IMG/VR virus record: IMGVR_UViG_3300044940_000144
Span: 1 to 64,000 of that record
Length of the DNA stretch: 64,000 nt
Strand: one strand, 5' to 3'
DNA from: a virus
In this document: positions 26,118 to 34,664 of the stretch, piece after piece
How the letters are laid out: every line of letters starts with the position of its first letter
Numbering within the stretch: the stretch's first letter is position 1
The notes under the pieces: model-generated
What the model saw: only the letters and a program-made list of their open reading frames with translations
Told to the model about the DNA's origin: nothing
Database searches by the model: none
Program-made: the position numbers and the translations under genes

Positions 26118-26504
26118 TCATCCGGCCATGATCCAGCCGATCAGGTCCCCGAGCTTTCCGGTGACGGCATCTGCGTCCAGGAACTTGGCGGTGGAGTCCT
26201 CCAGGCGCTCGCCCTTGTGGACCCACAGGGCCGCCTCAAGCAGTTGCTTGATGTCCAGGCAGCAGACAACTTGCGTCCCGTCTCCGGCCTCGACCACCAG
26301 CATCGCCGTCCGGTTGGGGTTGGCCTTCACCCAATCGATCAGATCGGGGTGGTCGCTGATGATCTCCCGCGGAACCTGCTCGTCGTCGTCGATGCGCAGG
26401 CTGAACAGCCCCCACGAGAAGTCTCCCGTGACCTCAAGGCCGTGGGCCATGCGATCGTCGTCCGAGACCTGGGCCAGCAGCAGCGGTTTCGGTTCGTAGC
26501 TCAT
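26118..26504 (-). CDS. Hypothetical protein
   Basis: AAAGGGGGAACC RBS. Confidence 0.7.
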   Translation of the reverse strand: MSYEPKPLLLAQVSDDDRMAHGLEVTGDFSWGLFSLRIDDDEQVPREIISDHPDLIDWVKANPNRTAMLVVEAGDGTQVVCCLDIKQLLEAALWVHKGERLEDSTAKFLDADAVTGKLGDLIGWIMAG

Positions 26505-26537
26505 TGGTTCCCCCTTTCATCGGTGCGTGCACGAAAT

Positions 26538-26595
26538 GGCGTTTCGGCCCTCGATTAGGCCATCATTCAGGCCGGGGAGATACCCCGACGACGCC
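26538..26595 (-). ncRNA. Hammerhead ribozyme, type III, with core insertions
   Basis: ggcGUC^gucgggg-uaucu-ccccggc CUGAAUGA U ggcc-uaaucgag-ggcc GAAAC gcc; cleavage after 26590. Confidence 0.8.
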
Positions 26596-26633
26596 CCCGG
26601 GCGCCGGAGCGCCCGGGTTCGTGCAGTGTAGTC

Positions 26634-28175
26634 CTAGTCCTCGTTCGCCTCGTCGGGAACGACGATCGAGCCGAACACGGTGTCGAAGCGGTCGCGCACC
26701 TGCGCGCCCTGAACCTGCGACTTGACCTGCCGGGTGACCAGCTCGCGCATGGCCAGGTCGATCGTCGGCAGACGCTCGCCCTCGCCAGCGTTCAGCATCA
26801 GCTGAAGCTGGCCGCGCAGGCCGTTGGCCGCGTTGACGAAGTCCTGCGTCGTCAGCACGTCCGGGCGCCCGCCCGTCCGGGTGACCGCGTAGCGGACGGC
26901 CCGGTCGATCGCCTCCTTGCAGAAGGCGGGCGTGTAGCCTGACATGGCCGAGTAAATCGCCTCGAAGTCGAGCTTTGGGGCGAGCATGTCGGCCGGTATG
27001 ACCGAGCGGATCAGGTCGCAGACCCCGTCCAGGTCGAGCGCGCCGAAGTGGATGGCGGCGTCCAGACGTCCCGGACGCATCATCCCCTTGTGGATGCGGT
27101 CGGCGTGGTTGGTGGTCATGACGATCATCAGCTCGGTGCCCTTCGCGGTGATCCCGTCGAAGATGTCGAGCAGGCGGGTGACGTTGTCGGACTCCCCGTT
27201 CTGGGCGATCGTATCGACGTCCTCGAAGAACACGACGGCGGGCTGGTAGAGCCGGGCCGTCGACACCACCGTGTCCAGGTCGTCCTTGCCCGGACGGCAG
27301 TAGATAAAGGTCCAGCCCTCCTCGACCGCAACTTGCGCGGTCAGGAAGGCCGCTAGCGTCTTGCCGGTGCCGAAGTCGCCCTCCAGCAGGACGGCGCGCT
27401 TCAGCGGGACCTTCAGCTCGCGCAAGATGTCCGCGTGGCGCAGCGGGGTCCACACGTTGGCGGCCAGCTGCTCACGGACGTCTTGCGAGTAGATGACCCG
27501 GTCGGGGTCGACCCCGGTGAGGTCGATGAACTCCGGCTCGGTCTGCCCGTCGATGGCCGCGCCCTTGTAGATCGAGTTGGAGGCCAGCTCCTGCTCGACC
27601 AACTTGAACAGGCCCTCGACGTGGCCGCGGAACTTGCGCGGCGCGTCGATCACCAGCCGGAACAAGGGGCCGTAGACGTAGTCGTACTTCTCGGTCGTGT
27701 GCATCACGCCCTCGAAGATCGGCACCTTGATCTTGCCCCACGGAACCTGCTCGGTGGCGTCCACGCCGACCGAGATGGTCCGCAGCTCCGGCGGGTACTG
27801 CCCGAAGAACGAGGACTGCGCCTTCTGGTGCCCGGTCGTGCCGAAGACCCGCTTGAGGGCCTTCGACAGCGCTCGCGCGCCGTCCAGCGGCCGGTATCGG
27901 AAGATCCGGCTGAACCGGGTCTCCTCCTCCTGCTGCTCGATGTGCGACTCCAGGAAGTTGATGACCCCGCGAAGGTCGCCCCGCATCGTCTCGGGGAAGA
28001 TGTACTTCTGCCCCTCGAAGTGCAGGTTGTCCTCGGTCACCAGCTGTCCGCCGAGCTTAGCAAGCGTGTCCAGCAGGTCACGCTCGATGCGCTTGGTGGA
28101 CGTCGGCGTCCTGACGGTTTTCTTCGAGGACGCCGAGACGTCCTCCTCCGCGGTGGTGATCGTGTCGTCAGACAT
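26634..28175 (-). CDS. AAA+ ATPase (classical AAA clade)
   Basis: GDFGTGKT, FFEDVD, TTNH..RPGRLD (SRH). Confidence 0.9.
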   Translation of the reverse strand: MSDDTITTAEEDVSASSKKTVRTPTSTKRIERDLLDTLAKLGGQLVTEDNLHFEGQKYIFPETMRGDLRGVINFLESHIEQQEEETRFSRIFRYRPLDGARALSKALKRVFGTTGHQKAQSSFFGQYPPELRTISVGVDATEQVPWGKIKVPIFEGVMHTTEKYDYVYGPLFRLVIDAPRKFRGHVEGLFKLVEQELASNSIYKGAAIDGQTEPEFIDLTGVDPDRVIYSQDVREQLAANVWTPLRHADILRELKVPLKRAVLLEGDFGTGKTLAAFLTAQVAVEEGWTFIYCRPGKDDLDTVVSTARLYQPAVVFFEDVDTIAQNGESDNVTRLLDIFDGITAKGTELMIVMTTNHADRIHKGMMRPGRLDAAIHFGALDLDGVCDLIRSVIPADMLAPKLDFEAIYSAMSGYTPAFCKEAIDRAVRYAVTRTGGRPDVLTTQDFVNAANGLRGQLQLMLNAGEGERLPTIDLAMRELVTRQVKSQVQGAQVRDRFDTVFGSIVVPDEANED

Positions 28176-28314
28176 AGATTGTTCCCCCCTTTAGGGTGTC
28201 GTGTTTGCCCAGCCTGATGGCTGGTGAGAACCCCTGCCTTTCGCAGGAGCTCTCATCAACCACCGTCAGGGCATGGGGGTGGCTCAAGACCACCCCCATA
28301 CACCCGATACAGCC

Positions 28315-28779
28315 CTAGCTGCTAAGCAGCGCTAGGGCGGCATCGACCAGCGCGATAGCCTGGTTCTCGCCGGTCAGGACATCGTCGTTGTACGCTTCCA
28401 CCAGACCGCGGCCATCGCCATCGGCACGGACGAAGCCGGTGTCGATGATGGCTTGGCACAGAGCGCGCTCGGCCTCCTTCACCGGGTCTGGCGTGGAGTC
28501 GTCGTCCATGTACGTCGCATTCGACGTATCGACTCCGGTCACCAGGCCGAGCATGCCCTCAAGGCATGCTGCGCAAAAGACATCGCCCGAGTCGGGCGTG
28601 ACCTCCATCGGGTTGCGGACCGCGAACTCATGGTCCTCCCCCTCGAAGGAGCGCACGATCAGGTAATCGTTCCTGGTCCAGGCGATCTGACTGGATTCGT
28701 ACAGCTCACGAATGCGCTGGAGAATCTCCGGCGCAGATGCGTGTCGCACGCACCCGACGATGTCGGTCGTGACGGTCAT
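28315..28779 (-). CDS. DUF6197-like hypothetical protein
   Basis: WTR..CLEG..YNDD..AIALVDAAL pattern. Confidence 0.5.
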   Translation of the reverse strand: MTVTTDIVGCVRHASAPEILQRIRELYESSQIAWTRNDYLIVRSFEGEDHEFAVRNPMEVTPDSGDVFCAACLEGMLGLVTGVDTSNATYMDDDSTPDPVKEAERALCQAIIDTGFVRADGDGRGLVEAYNDDVLTGENQAIALVDAALALLSS

Positions 28780-28850
28780 ATGTGGTTCCCCCTTGTGTGG
28801 GTTTTCGATGTCCAGCCCTTCGTTATGGGCTGGGCGGCCTAAGCCACTTT

Positions 28851-28918
28851 GGGCTACCGCTTCCCGGACGTCGGTGACGTCCGGGATTCATGCCTGCCCA
28901 GGGCAATCGTCAGGCGGC
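28851..28918 (-). ncRNA. Hammerhead ribozyme, type I, variant core (U15.1-A16.1)
   Basis: gccgc CUGACGA U ugcc-cugggca-ggca U GAAU cccggacguc-acc-gacguccggg AA^gcggu agccc. Confidence 0.7.
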
Positions 28919-31186
28919 TTACCGCTGATGACGACTGACCAGATGCGCGACCGTCGCGCGCATGCCGTCCTCAGCGTTCGACACCTCACCGTCGGTAGCG
29001 GCGTCAACCACAGCGGCCTTGCCCGAGAGCACTGCCTCCATGTCGGTGTCGATGGAGTCCTGGCACAGCAGCCAGTAGACGTTCACCATCTCGGCCGTTT
29101 GACCGATCCGGTGAACCCGGTCCTCGGCCTGTCGCATGTCCTTGGGCGTCCAGCCCAGTTCCAGAAACGCGACGTGCGACGCCGCGTGCAGGGTGAACCC
29201 TGCCTGCCCGGCCATGAGGCTGACGACGATCAGCCGCGTGTCCGGGTCGTTCTGGAACCGCTGCACGGACGCATCGTTGGCGTCGTTAGCGCCTCCGATG
29301 ACCCGCACCGCGCCCGGGAAGGCCTTGTAGAGCGCCTCCTGGGCCTCGCGGTGGTGGGCGAACAGCACCAGCTTTTCATCGCTGGACTCCAGGAACTCCT
29401 TCGTCCACTCGATGGCGTCGCGCACCTTGCCTTTCGCCGCCAGGCGACGAAGGGCGGTGAGCCGCGCCAGTGCTTCCGCTTGCAGCACCCTGCCGGGGTC
29501 GTAGCCGTTGGCAAGCAGCCACGCCACGAAGTCACGTTCGGCAAGCTCGTATTCGGCCCGATTCGTCAGGTCGACGTCGATGACCGAACGTAGCTTGGGC
29601 GGCAGGTCAGGCATGACCTGAGCCTTCGTGCGCCGCACGTAGCAGGATGACCGGAGCCGCTGATTGAGCTCCTCAAGGTTCGCGGCACCGCCGTATGTCG
29701 TGCCCCACTTGCTGTAGATGGGCTCGCAATAGCGGTTCTTGAACTGCCTGGGGCCACCGAACTCGGCGATCCGCCCCATCATCTTGAGAAGCGGGACAAG
29801 CTCCACCGGCCGGTTGACGACCGGGGTGCCCGTCAAAAGCAGGACGTTTTCGACCTGCTTGGAGAGCCACAAAAGCGCACGGGTGCGCTTTGCGTTCTCA
29901 TTTTTGGCGTAGTGGGCCTCGTCCACGACGAGCATCTTGGGCTGGATCTTCGCAAGCGCTTCGATCCAGCCTGCGGGCTCGCGCGTCCGGGAGCCGGGCA
30001 CGGCGTGGAGGTCTCCGAGGATGTCGTAGTTGACGATGACGACGTCCGCGTCAGCCACCAAGCCGTAGTCCGGCTTTTTGCCCGCCAGAACGGCGATGTT
30101 CAGGCCGGGCATCCACTTGTTGATCTCGCGCTCCCAGTTCCGCTTCAGAGCGGCCGGGCACACGATGACCAACGGCGCGGCATCCAGATACCACGCCACG
30201 CCGAGAGCCTGGAGGGTTTTCCCCAGGCCCATCTCATCGGCGATGAGCACGCCGCCAGAGGCAAGCCTCTTGATGGCGTACGCGACCCCTGCCCGCTGAA
30301 AGCCGAACAGGGACTCGCCCTCGGGGCCGAAGCCGTCGAGGTCAACGACCGCATCAGTGGCCATGGATTCCTCGATCGAGGTCTCCCGGTCCGCCTGCTG
30401 ATCGACGAACGAAATCGCCTCATTAGAGACGTCCCATCCGTGACGCAGGGCGTATGCGACAAGCTCCGGACCGTTCAGGGTGCTGACTTCCCAGATCCGG
30501 TTCACCTTGTTCCAGCGCCGCCCCTGCAGATTCCGAAGGAACGTAAGGTTCACTTCGAAGTCGGGGTGGCCCGGGGTCAGGTACACTGCGAAGGTCTTGC
30601 CGTCGCTGTCCAGATCAACCGCCGCAGGAACGATCTCATGCGGCGGCGGGGCCGACGCAATGTACTCGTCGGCCTTGTCGGTCAGCTTGAACGAGTGCTT
30701 CTTGGCGAACTCCGCGACTGCCGAAGCAGAACTCAGCGGAACGCGGTTGAAGCGCCCGTCCCAATGGCGACCTGGCAACGTCCGGACATCGGTAACGAGA
30801 TCGGCGTCGTAGCGGAATGCGATGACGAACTCATCGCCTTCCACGTCGATCAGCTTGGACGACTGCAGAGCTTTTTCCCGAAGCACCTTGCGTCCCGTTG
30901 CCTGCATGCGCTCGCGCCCGTAGTAGGTGCTCGCGACCTGGCCCGGGGGCTCGATGGCATCAAGATTGATCCCGGCGTCGGACAGCTGACGACGGTAGTG
31001 GCGAAGCATGGAATATGCCTCCCACGTCTCCTCGTCCGACCACGTGCCCGGGTCGGACGCTGCCAGACCGTGGCCGAACGAGGCGTCGGGCTTGGAGTAC
31101 CCTTGCCCGTCCTCGGATTCGGCCCAGTCGCACCGTGACGCCAGGTAACTGGCGGCCCGATGCAGAACGGTCCTTGTATCCGTCAT
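28919..31186 (-). CDS. SNF2-family helicase (SMARCAL1/HARP-like)
   Basis: IADEMGLGKT, DEAH, LTGTP, QAEDRVHRIGQ; N-terminal HARP-like repeats. Confidence 0.92.
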   Translation of the reverse strand: MTDTRTVLHRAASYLASRCDWAESEDGQGYSKPDASFGHGLAASDPGTWSDEETWEAYSMLRHYRRQLSDAGINLDAIEPPGQVASTYYGRERMQATGRKVLREKALQSSKLIDVEGDEFVIAFRYDADLVTDVRTLPGRHWDGRFNRVPLSSASAVAEFAKKHSFKLTDKADEYIASAPPPHEIVPAAVDLDSDGKTFAVYLTPGHPDFEVNLTFLRNLQGRRWNKVNRIWEVSTLNGPELVAYALRHGWDVSNEAISFVDQQADRETSIEESMATDAVVDLDGFGPEGESLFGFQRAGVAYAIKRLASGGVLIADEMGLGKTLQALGVAWYLDAAPLVIVCPAALKRNWEREINKWMPGLNIAVLAGKKPDYGLVADADVVIVNYDILGDLHAVPGSRTREPAGWIEALAKIQPKMLVVDEAHYAKNENAKRTRALLWLSKQVENVLLLTGTPVVNRPVELVPLLKMMGRIAEFGGPRQFKNRYCEPIYSKWGTTYGGAANLEELNQRLRSSCYVRRTKAQVMPDLPPKLRSVIDVDLTNRAEYELAERDFVAWLLANGYDPGRVLQAEALARLTALRRLAAKGKVRDAIEWTKEFLESSDEKLVLFAHHREAQEALYKAFPGAVRVIGGANDANDASVQRFQNDPDTRLIVVSLMAGQAGFTLHAASHVAFLELGWTPKDMRQAEDRVHRIGQTAEMVNVYWLLCQDSIDTDMEAVLSGKAAVVDAATDGEVSNAEDGMRATVAHLVSRHQR

Positions 31187-31215
31187 GGTCCCCCCTTGTT
31201 GTGGTGTACGGTAGG

Positions 31216-31280
31216 CGAGCTACCGCGACCTCCCTTTGCAGGGAGGTTTCGGCCTTGCTCAAGGGCCATCGTCAGGCGGC
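31216..31280 (-). ncRNA. Hammerhead ribozyme, type I
   Basis: gccgc CUGACGA U ggcc-cuugagcaa-ggcc GAAAC cuccc-ugcaaa-gggag GUC^gcggu; cleavage after 31227. Confidence 0.9.
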
Positions 31281-31298
31281 ATGTAGCTTGATTCCACT

Positions 31299-31517
31299 TC
31301 AAGAATCGTCGCCTTTCCTGAGGACGAGCCGCTGCCCCCGGCCGAGGCCGAGGGAGCATTCGAAGTAGTCGAAGCACGCTTTGCACAGATACCCCCAGGA
31401 ACCGCCAGTGGCGGGAATGCGGGCATCTGCGTATGCCTCGCCGTGGGCGGCGTCGATGTCGCAGAACGGGATCCTCTCGACGAGGATCGTGTTCGTGGAC
31501 TTGCCAGGCTCCGACAT
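31299..31517 (-). CDS. Conserved small phage protein
   Basis: CD..YADA..WGYLCKACF..LGLGRGQ motif. Confidence 0.75.
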   Translation of the reverse strand: MSEPGKSTNTILVERIPFCDIDAAHGEAYADARIPATGGSWGYLCKACFDYFECSLGLGRGQRLVLRKGDDS

Positions 31518-31542
31518 GATTCCCCCTTTGGTGCGTTCTCCC

Positions 31543-31603
31543 GCCTCCGTGCGACTCGTCAGGCCCCGTCCTGGGGCGACGCCCCCCTAGGGGGGCGTTT
31601 CGT
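31543..31603 (-). ncRNA. Hammerhead ribozyme, type II
   Basis: aC GAAAC gccccc-cuag-gggggc GUC^gcccc-aggac-ggggc CUGACGA Gucgcacggag; cleavage after 31578. Confidence 0.88.
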
Positions 31604-31611
31604 TCTTGTGT

Positions 31612-32013
31612 CTAGTAGTCCGCAGGCAGCATGGCCGTGTAGAAACCGGCCTCGTTCTGGACGAACCACACCCGCTCCGACCGGTCGGGCAGCCAGGACG
31701 TCAGCAGATAGCCGTCTTGCTTGTCCTCGGTCATCACCGCCTTATCGGCGGTGACTCTCAAGACGAGCGACGCAAGCGCACGGCGCACCTGCTCCGGCAT
31801 GTCCACGCCGACCGTTTTGTCGATGCACTTATCGATCTTGCCCATCAGGTGGGACGTCGCCCTGGTGACGACGCTCCGCGCCACCGGCCACGGAGCGTTT
31901 CGCAGGAACACGCCCCAATCGGTGCAGTTGATGAGCACGCCCTCGTCAAGGGCTACCTCGTCCGAGTAGAACGAATAGATGACGGGTATGTCATCGAACG
32001 GGTCGTCGGACAT
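31612..32013 (-). CDS. DUF6573-like protein
   Basis: VIYS..ALDEGVLI..TAMLPADY. Confidence 0.6.
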   Translation of the reverse strand: MSDDPFDDIPVIYSFYSDEVALDEGVLINCTDWGVFLRNAPWPVARSVVTRATSHLMGKIDKCIDKTVGVDMPEQVRRALASLVLRVTADKAVMTEDKQDGYLLTSWLPDRSERVWFVQNEAGFYTAMLPADY

Positions 32014-32060
32014 TGTTTGTCCCCCCTTTTTGGTTGTGTGCGTTCCCATAATGCAGTAGC

Positions 32061-32125
32061 GCGAGCTACCGCGACCCCCCGCCAGGGGGGGTTTCGGCCT
32101 TGCTCAAGGGCCATCGTCAGGCGGC
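32061..32125 (-). ncRNA. Hammerhead ribozyme, type I
   Basis: Same core and stems I/II as 31216-31280, with a different stem III; cleavage after 32073. Confidence 0.9.
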
Positions 32126-32129
32126 GTCG

Positions 32130-32399
32130 CTAAGACTCGTCCGATTGCCAGTACTCCCCGGAGTTGTGCTGGAAGACCCCCTCGGAGGTGTCAGGCACAT
32201 ACTCGCTCGGGTCCATCACCACGCGGGCCAGGACCTTGAAATCGCCGGAGATGTACCCGCGCTCCCGGGCCTTGCGAAGGCCCTTGAGCAGGTGCTCCAC
32301 GGCGGCCTTGCCGTAGCCGTTGTGGACGTCGAAACCGTCGGCGTAGTCGCCGACGCGCTCGATGGTGACCGAGTAGCTGTACACGGTGTCGTCGCTCAC
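32130..32399 (-). CDS. Hypothetical protein, paralog of 32504-32761
   Basis: SDDTVY.Y..RVGD..DG..ARERGYI.GD..DP. Confidence 0.75.
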   Translation of the reverse strand: MSDDTVYSYSVTIERVGDYADGFDVHNGYGKAAVEHLLKGLRKARERGYISGDFKVLARVVMDPSEYVPDTSEGVFQHNSGEYWQSDES

Positions 32400-32433
32400 C
32401 CTTGGTCCCCCCTTGTGTGGTTTTTCGCTTTTC

Positions 32434-32500
32434 GCCTCCGTGCGACTCGTCAGGCCCCGTCCTGGGGCGACGCCCCCCCTAGGGAGGCGTTTCGTTTCGC
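32434..32500 (-). ncRNA. Hammerhead ribozyme, type II
   Basis: Same architecture as 31543; cleavage after 32469; gcga/ucgc extends stem II. Confidence 0.88.
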
Positions 32501-32503
32501 GGG

Positions 32504-32761
32504 CTACATCTTCATCCACCGGTAGCTGTCCTCGAACTGGCCCATCGCGGGCTCCAGGTAGTCGTCCGGGTCGGTGTACACCGCGCGGGACCGGACCCGG
32601 ATGTCGCCAACGATGTAGCCACGGTCGCGGGCCTCTTGGAACTCCCGGAGGAGCTGCTCGGCCGCGCCCTTGGCAGTGCCGTCGTGGTGCTCGCGACCGT
32701 CCTGATCATCGCCGACCCGCACGACGTGCAGCAGGTAGCGGTAGACAGTGTCGTCGCTCAC
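32504..32761 (-). CDS. Hypothetical protein, paralog of 32130-32399
   Basis: GTG start after AAGGGGGAACC. Confidence 0.75.
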   Translation of the reverse strand: MSDDTVYRYLLHVVRVGDDQDGREHHDGTAKGAAEQLLREFQEARDRGYIVGDIRVRSRAVYTDPDDYLEPAMGQFEDSYRWMKM

Positions 32762-32795
32762 GTTGGTTCCCCCTTCGTAGTGATGATGCAGTAGC

Positions 32796-32860
32796 GCGAG
32801 CTACCGCGACCCCCCGCCAGGGGGGGTTTCGGCCTTGCTCAAGGGCCATCGTCAGGCGGC
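32796..32860 (-). ncRNA. Hammerhead ribozyme, type I
   Basis: Identical to 32061-32125; cleavage after 32808. Confidence 0.9.
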
Positions 32861-32862
32861 TT

Positions 32863-33321
32863 TTAGCGTCCGGAGCGCGCTCGGCGCCGATCCTCGTACT
32901 CGTCCACGGGGTGGCGAACGATGCGGCGCTCGTCGTCCAGGTCGTAGAGGCTGACCGGCGAGCACGCCGGGTGCCAGGTCTCGCCACCGCCGTAGGCGAT
33001 GGTGTGGCCACTGGCGAACTGCTTACCGCAGGAGCGGCAGTGGCCGGGGTACCTCGCCGTTATCAGCTTGACCGGGCGGACCACGTTCTGGTCGGCCTCG
33101 CCAGCGGCGCGCACGAGCTCGCGCATCGCGGCCTCCAGGGCGGCGATGTGGCGCTTGTGCGAGGCAATCTCCTCAGCCTGACGCTCAATGACGTCGGCCA
33201 TGTTGAAGATCACGTCGTCGAGCGACCTTACCTTCGCATCGACGTTGGCGAGCGCGCAGTCGACGGTGTCGAGCTTCTCAGCGAGCGACGCGACCGTCGG
33301 ACGCACAACAGTAGTACCCAT
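32863..33321 (-). CDS. Coiled-coil plus small Zn-binding domain protein
   Basis: ARYPGHCRSCG..WHPAC. Confidence 0.7.
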   Translation of the reverse strand: MGTTVVRPTVASLAEKLDTVDCALANVDAKVRSLDDVIFNMADVIERQAEEIASHKRHIAALEAAMRELVRAAGEADQNVVRPVKLITARYPGHCRSCGKQFASGHTIAYGGGETWHPACSPVSLYDLDDERRIVRHPVDEYEDRRRARSGR

Positions 33322-33349
33322 GGTTCCCCCTTGTGTGTTCCCGCTTCCC

Positions 33350-33416
33350 GCCTCCGTGCGACTCGTCAGGCCCCATCCTGGGGCGACGCCCCCAATAGAG
33401 GGGCGTTTCGTTCGCG
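33350..33416 (-). ncRNA. Hammerhead ribozyme, type II
   Basis: GAAAC gcccc-ucuauug-ggggc GUC^gcccc-aggau-ggggc CUGACGAG; cleavage after 33385. Confidence 0.88.
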
Positions 33417-33418
33417 GG

Positions 33419-33652
33419 CTAGACGATTTTGGCGTCGTCCGGCGTGCGGCGGCGAACCCAGACGTCGAACTGCTCGACTCCTGAGCAGTTACGGGCCTTC
33501 AGGCTGAAGCCGCTAGATGTGCCATCGCCGTAGTGAATCTTCGATAGCACGCGGCCGTCGGAGCACAGGACATAGGTCGTACTGACCCCGGATCCGTACT
33601 CGACCCGCCTACGGGCGACCTCAGTCGCGCCGCGAGCACTGATCTTCGCCAT
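33419..33652 (-). CDS. Hypothetical protein
   Basis: AAGGGGGGAAC RBS. Confidence 0.7.
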   Translation of the reverse strand: MAKISARGATEVARRRVEYGSGVSTTYVLCSDGRVLSKIHYGDGTSSGFSLKARNCSGVEQFDVWVRRRTPDDAKIV

Positions 33653-33684
33653 CGTTCCCCCCTTGTAGTGCGTTCCCCATCATC

Positions 33685-33750
33685 GCCTTCCGTGCGACTC
33701 ATCAGGCCCCAATCCATAGGGCGACGCTCCCCTGACGGGGAGCGTTTCGT
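33685..33750 (-). ncRNA. Hammerhead ribozyme, type II
   Basis: GAAAC gcucccc-guca-ggggagc GUC^gcccu-auggauu-ggggc CUGAUGAG; cleavage after 33723. Confidence 0.88.
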
Positions 33751-33757
33751 TTAGGGA

Positions 33758-34636
33758 CTACTGACGCCGGAGCGTCTTGCGCGGCCCGCGCTTGGTCTGG
33801 ACGACCTCGGGCTCGGCCTCGGCCTTCGCCTCCGGCTCGGCCTTCGCCTCCGGCTCGGTCCGGGCCCCGACGGGCTTGTTCTTGCCGTTGACCCCGACGG
33901 ACACCTTGAGAGTGCCGGTGGGGTTCTCCGTCGCCGGAGCCTCGCTGACGGCCTCGGCCTTGTCCGCCGCGTGCTTCTCAGCGAACCCATCGATGACCTT
34001 CTGCAGGGCGGACTTCTCCTTGTCCAGCTCGCGAAGCTGGGACTGGTAGTCGTTCGCCTGCTGCTCGGTCTTCATGTGCTCGATGAGCGTTGACATCGCC
34101 GAGAACACGAAGATCACGTCGGACGACAGGCCGGGCATGACCCGCTCGACCGCCTGCGCGACGGCGTTGCGGAAGGGGTCGGTGACCTTCCGACGGCCGA
34201 CCATGACGTCGACCTCGTACATGGCGTAGGCCATCACCATCATCCCGAACGCGAAGGCGTCGCGCGCCTTCGAGACGTGGGCGATCTTCTCCGACGCCGT
34301 CATCCGCGTCGGCCGCTGGAAGGCGCTCCCGCCGACGTGCTGGGTCAGGATCTCGACCGCCGCCTTGAACTGGGTCGTGAGAATCTCCCGGTCCAGCTTC
34401 GGCATGTCGAGGATCGACCCGTCTTTGAACGGGTTCGCGGCCTCCTCGGCGATCGTCGCCACCACGTCGAGGAACTCGGCGAACTGGGCCGAGTTTTCGG
34501 TCGTGGTGTGCTCCGCGCCGCCGAAGACGTGCTCAATCACGTCGTCCTTGGTCATCTTGCCGATCGCGTCGAGAAGGTCGCCCTCCTCGGTGGGGATCAG
34601 GTCGACCTTGCCGGGACGCTTGTAGGACGTGCTCAT
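33758..34636 (-). CDS. Hypothetical early protein
   Basis: 292 aa; AAAAGGGGGAACC RBS; EPEAKA repeats. Confidence 0.8.
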   Translation of the reverse strand: MSTSYKRPGKVDLIPTEEGDLLDAIGKMTKDDVIEHVFGGAEHTTTENSAQFAEFLDVVATIAEEAANPFKDGSILDMPKLDREILTTQFKAAVEILTQHVGGSAFQRPTRMTASEKIAHVSKARDAFAFGMMVMAYAMYEVDVMVGRRKVTDPFRNAVAQAVERVMPGLSSDVIFVFSAMSTLIEHMKTEQQANDYQSQLRELDKEKSALQKVIDGFAEKHAADKAEAVSEAPATENPTGTLKVSVGVNGKNKPVGARTEPEAKAEPEAKAEAEPEVVQTKRGPRKTLRRQ

Positions 34637-34664
34637 GGGGTTCCCCCTTTTGGGTGTGTGTTTT

